Of a DNA stretch of 64,000 nt, positions 22,857 through 33,800 are shown piece after piece (within the stretch, counting starts at the first letter, position 1; each line of letters begins with the position of its first letter). The notes beneath the pieces are model-generated. The model searched no databases. It was given only the letters and a program-made list of their open reading frames with translations, and was not told where the DNA came from. This DNA comes from Phoronis australis. Its lineage: Eukaryota > Animalia > Phoronida. Position numbers and translations under genes: made by a program. Location: positions 62,001 through 126,000 of the forward strand of contig NMRA01000529.1 of NCBI GenBank assembly GCA_002633005.1. Reading direction: 5' to 3'.

Positions 22857-24281
22857 AAATGTCCTACGTGGATAATCTAGGGTAATGTAATATCTCCCTA
22901 TTATCATAATTTATGTGGAAACCCAGGGCATTAAGTGTGCTCCTCTGTAGAGTTTGTTGAAGTCTTGTGAAATGTGTTGATTCTCACTGAAGTTAATGGT
23001 AACTGCGCTTAGGTGAAATTGTTACACTAACAGTCTGAAGCAATAAAGGACGGTCAGTTAAGCCTAGAAGTCGTCTCTAAATTGAGTAACCAACCAGAGA
23101 TCGTTGTTACGATGGTGAAACGCCTGAATCAAGTTCTTTAACAAGAGGGGCCTGTTTATTTCTTCATTTGGTTTGTGACGTAGTCGATAAATGTGGACGT
23201 GGTTGGTCAAATGGTTATTTGTCTAACGAATAGAGGATGGGTAGGAATATCCGTGGCGTCTCAGATGTGAGGCTGAGGGGGGGTTGGGATCTTAGGGAGC
23301 ATATGGCGTCCGGCGAGGGTATGTGGGAAAGAGGTTGTGGTGTAAAATGGTTATGACCCTAGTTTGTGGAACCAACTCGGCCTTTTCCCCACTCGGCCAA
23401 TGTGAACTCACTTATTTCTCTCTTGTTTTGATTTTTCCGTTGGGTGCTCTGGAGAAGTTCCTGTATGTCTGGCATGGAAAGTTTATTTCCGAAATTATAT
23501 TGAGGCGTACCATGTGCTGATCTTTAAGTGTATTTATATCTATATTTAACATTTTCCACTGATAGCACACATATTTCAATTATCCATTAACAAAATGGGC
23601 CCTAAACAAATATAGATTTGTTGATTATTATTTCGTTGAACAAAGAAAACAGATCAGCCAGGCGATTATTCAGTACTCTTACAGTGTTAGAAAATTGCGT
23701 ATTCTGTGTCATCGCTTACTGCAAAAAAGTGACCAGTAGGGCGGTTGCAGTCCGGAAGGATGTGGACGCATGTGCATCCAATGTTATGGATTTTTTTCAG
23801 TTTGGTACATTCTGATGTTTTCGAGTTTAAAGGAACATTGACGTCATAGTGGAAGTGAAATATAGTATTCTCGTGTGTATGGTCATGGTCTGTGTTTATC
23901 CTGCCCTTTAAAAAGCTGTCGCCAAACAACTATACATTGACCACGCGACCACCGCGTGGAGAGTTTGTTGCCTGAGCCTTTCTGAGGTTGTCTATGAACC
24001 TAGAAAAACGTCTAAATTGCACATTTTTGGAACGTCATTTCTCAGGAATAGCTGATCGTATTCACGTGAGACTTTCAGATACTATGCTTTATGCACTGTT
24101 ATCCAAAAGTGGGAATCGCATTTAGACCGTCCTACTTTTACATGAGAGGCTATCAAAAATAGAAATTATACTATTTTAATTTTAAATAAAGAGAAATTAC
24201 ATGATGATTTAGAAATCAGTGCATTCTTTAGATTTCATCTTGAACATTTGTGTCAAATGAAATTTAGTCATGTTATTGATA

Positions 24282-25535
24282 CAGTTGTTTTTCTGGGAAT
24301 GTGCTTTTTTGTTTATTTGTTTGTTTGCTCAATTTTTATAAAAAGACATGATCACGTGACCTAAATAATGGCAGATTGGTCGAGTCACGCATCAAAATTT
24401 ACAGGCTTTCAACTTTTAGAAAATATTAATAATTATTATTATAATTTTACTGAGTTGAAATCTTACTGAGATTTGACTTAGCTAAAAATTCTTCAGGGAG
24501 GTCAATTCAATACAAAACAAACGAAAAAACCTTTATTACGTACGTTGAATTTTTAGGTTCCCTGAGGGGACCCTATAGGAAGCTACTGGACTAATAATCG
24601 GCTTTACCACCGAAGCTCGCACTGTGGTAGTAATCTTCTAAGCAACCAAAATTTTAAGGAATGTGATGAATGACTTCAATGGAGGTTGGGTGGACACGTG
24701 ACCAGAGCACAGGACAACAGATGGACAAAAAGATGCACAGATAGACCGGGATCCCAGAGCTTTTTTGGGCATGAAAAGGTAACCAATTTTCTTTGGTGCC
24801 ACAGTGCTCTGTGTGTATCCTGATGCTTGGAAATGGCCGTCTGGCAGGTTCGCTCTGGTGGGTGTTGTCAGGGGAGCCAAGAGAATGACACTCGAAAATT
24901 GAGCTAGATCAACTTTTCTGGTAACCACTTCAAACTGCCTTGGATACCTACTACGTAATCCACTGTATCAAAATTGGCCACTGCCAGACAATTTCAGTGG
25001 TGGGGACTACCCGCCAGATGAACNAGTTGTTTTTCTGGGAATGTGCTTTTTTGTTTATTTGTTTGTTTGCTCAATTTTTATAAAAAGACATGATCACGTG
25101 ACCTAAATAATGGCAGATTGGTCGAGTCACGCATCAAAATTTACAGGCTTTCAACTTTTAGAAAATATTTTAATATTTTCTAAAAGTTGAAAGCCTGTAA
25201 AATTATAATAATAATTATTAAAATAATTATTATTATAATTTTACTGAGTTGAAATCTTACTGAGATTTGACTTAGCTAAAAATTCTTCAGGGAGGTCAAT
25301 TCAATACAAAACAAACGAAAAAAACCTTTATTACGTACGTTGAATTTTTAGGTTCCCTAAGGGGACCCTATAGGAAGCTACTGGACTAATAATCGGCTTT
25401 ACCACCGAAGCTTGCACTGTGGTAGTAATCTTCTAAGCAACCAAAATTTTAAGGAATGTGATGAATGACTTCAATGGAGGTTGGGTGGACACGTGACCAG
25501 AGCACAGGACAACAGATGGACAAAAAGATGCACAG
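24282..25535. other. Redundant (probably allelic) assembly overlap across the N at 25024
   Basis: 25025-25535 nearly exactly repeats 24282-24741; single copy in the paralogous block. Confidence 0.75.
24742..25023. mobile_element. Terminal fragment of a young element with 5'-TAGACCGGG end, inserted into the RTE remnant in one copy only
   Basis: Interrupts gatgcacaga|gtggc (intact at 25528-25540); the same terminus appears inverted at 31473-31528. Confidence 0.7.
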
Positions 25536-25723
25536 AGTGGCAACCCAGATATGGAAAGAGATCAAGAAGACGGCCCCAAGCCAGGTGGAGAAATGACATC
25601 GTGAAGACGAGAGGTACAACGTGGATTAGAGCGGCAAGAGACAGGACAAATTGGAAGGCATTGTCGGAGAGCTACATTCTGCAGTGGATGAACAATGCCT
25701 AGAGTCAGTCTGTCAGTCAGACA
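25475..25723 (+). mobile_element. 5'-truncated RTE-clade LINE (ORF2 C-terminus, short-repeat tail, 15-bp TSD)
   Basis: GHVTRAQDNRWTKRCTEWQPRYGKRSRRRPQARW...W is a typical RTE C-terminus; agtc/agac tail; TSD gatgaatgacttcaa at 25460 and 25724; empty site in the paralogue near 58195. Confidence 0.9.
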
Positions 25724-26462
25724 GATGAATGACTTCAAGTGCATCGTTTTTCACCCTCCAAGCAAAAAATCCTGAGCGATGGTGGTTTTGTTAATTTTGT
25801 CAGGCTTATTTTGCCAGATGAAATTCCAAAGTTGTTAGTCATGCACTTTGACGGTGTTGCCCTACGGTGAAGGCAAAGTTGTTAAAGGGTGGACCAATTT
25901 TTGCAGAGCGTGTAATTTAATTAAGGTTATTTTGCAAAGAGGTGTTAGAGACCTTGTCAACCTGACTTCATGAATATCATCATCAGAACTATTAGCTAAC
26001 ATTTCTCTTAAATTAATAGGAAACTTGATACCCAGGGCGGTAAAAGAATCTCTTCGCCATAAAAATTGCATTCTGGACACAAGCGTGATTCACCAAATTT
26101 CATTGAACCAAATTAATACCTGTACAATGAGTTTGTCCCAAGTTGTTTTTTTTTCTGAAATTGGTCCAATAAAGTCAATAGTGTTTTAATGATTCGTTGG
26201 AACCATGTCGACAGATATCCGTGTCATCGTGGTGAGCCTATAATCACACGTTATTACTTTGGCGAAACGCAGTGGCCATATTCTCAGCATAGTTAATAAA
26301 CAAGTAGAGAGGCATACAGTCTCCTAGCCAGTAGTGGGTTCACAGACTAAGGGTCTCCTTGACGACAACCGTGGCCAATTTTAACTTACTGCTACGTGAA
26401 CCCTTATTCAGAAGGCGAACTACATTTATAATTTGTCGAAAATGAAATACGCGAAGTGTTGT

Positions 26463-26783
26463 AAACACATTTTCATGAGACTTAATCAAATGCCTTTTAG
26501 AAGTCTACCAATTGCTAAACACATTTTCATGAGTCATAATCAAATGCCTTTTAGATGTCTACCATTGCTAAACACATTTTCATGAGACATAAGCAAATGC
26601 CTTTTAGAAGTCTACCATTGCTAAACACATTTTCATGAGACATAATCAAATGCCTTTTGGAAGTCTACTATTGCGAAACATATTTTCATGAGACATAATG
26701 AAATGACTTTTCGAAGTCTACCATTGCTAAACACATTGTCATGAGACATAATCAAATGCCTTTTCGAAGTCTACCATTGCTAA
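26463..26783. repeat. 53-bp minisatellite, 6 copies
   Basis: aaacacattttcatgagacataatcaaatgccttttagaagtctaccattgct; single unit at the paralogous site ~59195-59250. Confidence 0.95.
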
Positions 26784-27760
26784 AAGATCGTATGTACTAC
26801 GTTCATCACTGAACGTGTTATGGTGTTTTGTTCTATACATCTTCCCTTTATAAATCTGGTCTGGCCGTTATTTATCAGTTTACTCATGAAGATTGCTTGC
26901 CTGGTCTACAAACCGTGAGACGTAAACAAATGCCTTTTCAAAGTCTACCATGGCTAAAAGACTGTGAGTACTACAATAATCACTGAACGTGATATGGTGC
27001 TTTGTTCAATACATCTTCCCTTTATAAATCTGGTCTGGCCGTTATTTATCAGTTCACTAATACGTTGAGAGAGACAGCCCGAAACAACCTCATAGTTTGT
27101 AGCCTATTTAATAAAGATACACATGTAGATCCCCAATTGCCGAGATACTCTCAGGGATGATTTCCGATAGAAATGGTAAAAATTATATCTTGGAATTGAC
27201 TATCATGTAAGCAAACTGATTCAAAACTTCTAGTGAGCGCTTTCACCATAAAGTATTGCCAAAAAAATTATAATTAGGTTGAGACACGAGCAGGACCGGG
27301 TGTTTTGTTGTTTATCGTATGTTGACACGCTGTAATATCTCGTGAGCTTCCATGCACGCACCCAGGGAGCTGCCGAGGGCTCGAACGACCCCCCATTTGG
27401 CGAAGTTGTCAAAAGGTCTGCCTCAGATAAACAAAAACTCCGAGAAAACGTGACAAAAGTCCAGTAAGAAGACAGGAATTCGGCGAAAAGTCAATTCATA
27501 GCTCTGAACATAACCCGTTTAATTATTTTTCAGGAATTCGGCGAATGCACAATGGCTCTGAACGCATCCCGTTTTTTAGTAAAAGGTCCACATTCTCAAA
27601 AATTTGAGGCCCCTATATTTTAGGCTCGGTTCGCTCATGGTTTCATTTACGGAAGTTTCTTTTTCGACTATATCACGCTCACCCTTCGTAAGCTTGTTAC
27701 CCCTAATGATACAAGAACACATATCAACATGAACTAGATCATCATCTTCACATATCTAAA

Positions 27761-27859
27761 GTGATTCATAGAAAGTCTACATGTAGTTCCTGATGGTTAG
27801 TCAGCGTGACTCATAGAAAGTCTACATGTAGTTGCTGATGGTAAGTCAGTGTGACTCAT
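27761..27859. repeat. 45-bp tandem repeat, ~2.2 copies
   Basis: gtga(t/c)tcatagaaagtctacatgtagtt.ctgatggt.agtcag. Confidence 0.85.
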
Positions 27860-30213
27860 GACAATGTTTCCTTTGTCGTTAATGAACTTCGTTGGGTTTT
27901 CATTACTATCATTTCTTTCTTCTAAATCGGCACATAATTGAATGGTTTTTCAATCTCAACAATCTACAGGTAGCTGTTCCACGGAATCTTATAAATTGAC
28001 CCCTCATTAGACGCTGTCCAAGATTTTCTAGCTTCCTTATCCGTTTTATTGCAAATTTCTTCAAATAACTGATAATATCTTTGGGTTAACTCCAAGAGAA
28101 AACGTTTTTGGTCTCTAAGCAAGTTATTTGTTCGTTACGTTGAGGCGTTATTAAGATATTTCAAGAAATAAAGGAAACTGTATCAGCATGAGGAATAGCC
28201 AGTTTACCCTTGCTATTATTCGTATCTAGCTAAAACATAAGTTCACTGGCGTTCTACTTTCAGGGTGCAATAGTTAACCAGGGATAATTTCTATAGATTT
28301 TTAGACATTTGGTTAGTTGCGTAAACTTGTCCATTGGGCCCTTCATAATTTTACTGACTTAATGGGAGAGATTTGTTCAACGTGTATTCCTTATAAATTA
28401 GCAGCGATCGTAACAGTCGGATACAACGCATGCACCTGACACAACAAAATACACTGTACATATTTGAGGCGACGAAACAATAACAGTTAAATGACACAGT
28501 GCTTATTATTTCAAGGGTTTTATAATTATTAGTTTGAAAGAATTCACAAACGTTTTTAAACCAGTATGCCCACATCTTAAGACTGACAGCTGCAATTTAG
28601 TTCCAGCAATATCACAACCTTTCTTCCTCAGTCAAACCGGGGCCAATGTCCTGCTTCGTTTCACTCGGGGGTCCTCCACTAAATTTTAAAGGGGATGCAC
28701 ATGGAACATTAGAATACTATTTGAAGAATGAACTCAACAGAGAGCCAGTTGTAGATAGCTTCCATAAATAAAGTCACGTGTTTGTAATATTTTGTTTCAG
28801 TCATCACCATTTTGTAGGGCTAAGACCGTAAACTAAACCCTTTCGTATGGAATATTGACAGCTGATATTTTTATACCTTTGGTCTTAAATTGTACAAGAT
28901 GCGATATTATATGATCAAAAATGGGCAGGTCCTTTTAATTCAAAGGTTAAATATATTAATAACCTTAACAGTCCTCCAAAATGAATTGGATAACGCCGGA
29001 ATAAGCAAAAGTTTTGACGCCAGAATTGGTGGATAAGTATTTCCGTTACCAAATAGAACATCGAAGTTATTACAGACTCATGGAAATGCTTCACAGATTA
29101 AACTGAAATAAACGTGCATTCCAACACAAAACAATGTTTGATTTAGATAATTAAAATTGGTCTTAAAATTGTACTTTAATCCAAGTGGGTGTCATTTCAG
29201 GGCTTTCTTGGTAGGTGCACCAGTTTCGTCAAGTTGACTTGTGACGTGTCATTTCATGCACTGCGCATGATCTCAAAGAACAAGCCTAAAATCGCTTCTC
29301 ATCTGAGTAAGGAAGAAGTTGAGACCACTTTCATAGCCGTGAGTGGTTTGCAATAAAGTTGGTTATTTACAACGCGGATTCATAACCGTTTAATGGCCTT
29401 TCAAAAGCTGCGTACATACATGCAGGTACGCGTTGGGTAGGGCTGGGCCTGAACGGAAATGGACCTAACCATTAACGTTAAGCAATACAGAAATCAATTT
29501 GATGATTGTATGCGGTGATATTCGATTTTGATTCGTTTTTCAGCAAATTCAATTATAGGGTGAAATGAAGCTTTGAATTCACATTATGTGTGTTCAGTCA
29601 ATATTGTGCTTAGGAATACTCAATTGTCTCCCTTATCTTAACAACGAAATTAAAATAATCATTTATGATGTCATAATTAGTCATATTATCCTAACAATGT
29701 GCTAAAATAGCATTAGATAGCACTTTCATTCAAAGATAGTTACCCACAATGCAACAGGTGGGTCAGGCAGTTCTCGTTCTTCGGTCCACAGGCAAGTGCA
29801 CTTTTCGCTATCCCACATCCTATTTGTTAGGTAAGTCATCTTTGTAATGAAGATAAATATGTATTATTGGATTTCGAGTTGCAACGTTGACACCAAGAAT
29901 TTGGCAAAAGAGCAAATATCTGTGCTGAATGCGCGGTGCATTTTTCTTCCGTTATTGACTCAGGGAGCTTGACGTTTGAAAGATCAGTTCTTTATGCAAA
30001 TGCATTTTCTCAGTTCGAGAAAGAGGGAGTTCTATTCAGGACGGTCCTAAAGAACATATCAGCTGCATTCATGACCAGTGGCACTTCCCAAAAATGGATT
30101 CTCCAGTGTAACTGCTGCAGGTGCACAGTTGTTCGAATATCGCCAAGCCTCTTCCATAAAAGAAATGTATTCGTTCACGAGAGAGTAGTGCCATGAGTCG
30201 GTGATATGAAATA

Positions 30214-30339
30214 GTTAGATATAGGGGTGGTGTGTAGATAAAGGTTGGACGACTGTTAGATATAGGGGTGGTGTGTAGATAAAGGTTGGACGACTGTTAG
30301 ATATAGGGGTGGTGTGTAGATAAAGGTTGGACGACTGTT
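30214..30339. repeat. 41-bp tandem repeat, 3 copies
   Basis: gttagatataggggtggtgtgtagataaaggttggacgact. Confidence 0.95.
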
Positions 30340-30686
30340 TTTATTGTATTTTCCGAGGTATGTGCTGGTAAGTGAGCGAGGTTGAACTTACGGTAGTCTC
30401 TGAAAAGAGTCTGTTTCTTAATTTAAACAAAAAGTTTCCTCCATTCAATGCGGAAGATGGAGCCACCGAAACGTCAAGCCCATGTAATGTTTTAAATCGT
30501 CTGATTGTTTTTTGATAGAATTTAAAAATCGGTCGTGAAGTTTTCTTCTAAATGTCAACTTTTGTAGATGTTTTACTTCAGACTTCTATATAATTGGTAG
30601 ATTTCATTGTATGGATCAGTCTTGAAGCAGTTGCATTTTTCAACTTTTAATCAATGTCACGAATATTTCAGATCGATTTCGTAGAT

Positions 30687-30837
30687 ATGAAGACTGCCTT
30701 TCCAGAAAAATATTCATATTTAAAAGGAGAGTATTATAAAGATGTTCCTAACTCTAGCTTGCCGTACAATGCTCTCTGGCGAGGCTTTCAGGAGAACACA
30801 TCAGGACACGGACTAAATAGAATATATCTGACTCCAG
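30687..30837 (+). CDS. DEG/ENaC copy 1 coding exon 1
   Basis: MKTAFPEKYSYLKGE...WRGFQENTSGHGLNRIYLTP; acceptor at 30671 implies an upstream UTR exon. Confidence 0.88.
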
Positions 30838-33800
30838 GTATGTACAGCACTTAGCGGTGCCATAACCCAACTCCTGTCAAGGACAATTTGTGACCATACG
30901 GTTATAAAACAAGATTCATCTTATTCTATCACTAATTGCAGGTTATTTCTGAAGTGATGAAACTAAGACTTTGTTATTTCTTGATACAGGAAATATTTTG
31001 ATAAAAATTAGAATAAATAATGGTATATATAACAGCAAGAATGGATCAACTGAAATTTCCGGACATAATAACGTCCTTCGTCAACAGAAACAGAAATAAA
31101 GTAAAATCAAACACTATGTGACAATTGACTTTTAAGATGTGGCGTAAGGAATATGATACATTGTTGCGGAAATAATTAAATGATAAAAATTAAGAATTTT
31201 AAGAAGTACCATTGCTCAGCTGAGCAGTTTTGATTTCTTTGATTATTTCTTGATTCATTCAAAAATATATGCCTAACTACAACTGTACATCTTAATAATT
31301 TCATGTCTGGCAGCAGATGAGCGTTTTAGGAAAAGCTACCAAGTTGGCCAGTTTGCAGTAGTTTGTACCACTAAAAAGATCGTCCGTGATGTTACGTCAC
31401 ACGACGAGAAGACCAATGAGAAAGTTACTGATATTGAAAGCTTGTACGGAGAAAATCTTTTACAACTCTTTNACCAAAGAAAGTTGGTTACCTTTTCATG
31501 CCCAAAAAAGCTCTGGGATCCCGGTCTACGAGGAAAAATATGTAACGAGCTTGCCGANTCATCTTATTCTATCACTAATTAAAGGTTATTTCTCAAGTGA
31601 TGAAACTAAGAATTTGTTATTTCTTGATACAGGAAATATTTTGATAAAAATTAGAATAAATAAATAAAGGTATATAAAACAGCAAGAATGGATCAACTGA
31701 AATTTCCGGATATAATAACGTCCTTCGTCAACAGAAACAGAAATAAAGTAACATTAAACACTATGTGACAATTGACTTTTAAGATGTGGCGTTAGGAATA
31801 TGATACATTGTTGCGGAAATAATTAAATGATAAAAATCAAGAATTTTAAGAAGTACCATTGCTCAGCTGAGCAGTTTTGATTTCTTTGATTATTTCTTGA
31901 TTCATTCAAAAATATATGCCTAACTACAACTGTACATCTCAAAAATTTCATGTCTGGTAGCAGATTAGCGTTCTAGGAAAAGGTACCAAGTTGGCCAGTT
32001 TGCAGTAGTTTGTACCACTAAAAAGATCGTCCGTGATGTTACGTCACACGACGAGAAGACCAATGAGAAAGTTACTGATATTGAAAGCTTGTACGGAGAA
32101 AATCTTTTACAACTCTTTCGAGGAAAAATATGTATCGAGCTTGCCGATAAGACACTGCTTAGTAAGATTCCAGATTCGACAAAATGGTTACACAGGTTCC
32201 GATTGAACCTTTGCCAGCAAAACGAATAGTCTTAGTCTCCATCCAGTTCTTATGTTTACATCCACCCATTGGGATCTAAGGTTACCGCAACTGTTGTGTC
32301 TTAAATAGAACAGTTATGAATAAAAATGTCAGACACAAGGTTGTTGAACCGGACCTTGAAGGACGTTCTCTCATCACTGAAACATTGGAAGAAGGTATTG
32401 TTCGCAAAAATAGGTTTTAACGTGAGGAGACTTGACCCAACCTCATATCTTGGAAGGGTACACCCAGTGACGCCGATGTCACCGGCAGAAAACCAAAATG
32501 TCTTGCAGCCACCACCCCATAGTTATGAGTTATACTTTAAGCCAAAAAGACTCCTTTAAGAGTTGTTTACCGGTGTTTACGACCAGAGAAGATCGTGCTT
32601 CAATACACCTCGCCAACTGCAACACAATATCAGCCTTGGGGATAGGAGCCATTGGAGCCTAAATATTTTGATTTGGTGGCATGCCGCATTCATGGGGTTC
32701 TAGGGTAAAAAGTGCACAGATTACTAAATAAAGTGTGCGAAATGTGTAACTGACGAATTATGCTAATGTTCTCGTGATTGTACTTTGATTTTAAGACTAG
32801 TATGATACTTTATATGTACAGGTATCATCAAAAAAGTGCTATGGATTCTTGTGTGCATCGGAGGGTTCGCTGCCTGGGGCACCCACACAGCGACGTTGTT
32901 GTTCAATTATTTTCAATTCCATTTTTCCGTTACCGTGGAAATTAAGACAGCCAAGAACTTGAGCTTCCCCGCTGTTACCGTGTGCAACTTGAATCAAGTA
33001 CGATCATCAAAGATCGAGGGTGTTATCGATCTTAGCGAGATTTACGAGTTGGCAAATCAGATTGTCGAAGACGGAGAGGGAGAGTTAGGTAACAACTCAA
33101 TTTTTGGAAACTGCTGCATAATCAAGATATTTCACTGTTTGTATATGCATGAAAGGCTTCTATTAATGATTTGATTGATCCGTGTTTTCAGGAGATTGTA
33201 AGGTTGCTCTTATAGAGTCACATTGCTCCAAAACGCGAGGATTTTTAGCCCTAATCTCCGTTTGTTTTTACTGACAGAGTTGCAGTAAAGTAGTTACGTG
33301 AAGTTATTGGAGTATCCAACAGTTCGTTATCATTTTTATTTGAAAGTTTGCGCTTTGTTTGAAATCTTCAATTTATTGTAAACAGTTTTAGATGATAATG
33401 TCCCATCATTCTGTGTGGTCCGTTCTCAGTGTCCAGCCAACATGTTTGGAATGAGCATTCAGGTTATTCTCTGTTTTGCGCGCATGCAGACCGTACGACA
33501 TCGAAATCGGGAGTATGCACCTTCGATATCTGTGGTAACGACTCCAGTTAATGGGAGTCTGCTATTGACAAGAACACCATTCGCCAAATCAAGACTAACT
33601 ATTTTGAAATATAACAGCTTGTATGCTGCTCCTATTGTTCGCCAACACGCTCAATGTTCTCTCGAAAAACTAACTTTTACTTCAGCGGATCTTGTTGCAC
33701 GAGATGTCCACAGATTTAGGGTATTAAAACACACTTTATATAAGGCATTAGTATCAACGGGTCATTTTAATAAAGCTTGTTGGTGAAAATTCATGAAAAT

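Noticed and set aside
26463-26783. CRISPR-like array
   Set aside because: Head-to-tail units with no unique spacers, eukaryotic context and no cas genes; the same applies to the other arrays.
30916-32147. True tandem duplication in channel intron 1
   Set aside because: Junction is a single N and the paralogue has one copy; allelic redundancy is more likely.
33415-33786. 123-aa ORF as a channel exon or nested gene
   Set aside because: No family motif; exons 2 and 3 already join in phase; the equivalent frame in copy 2 stops at ~63976.
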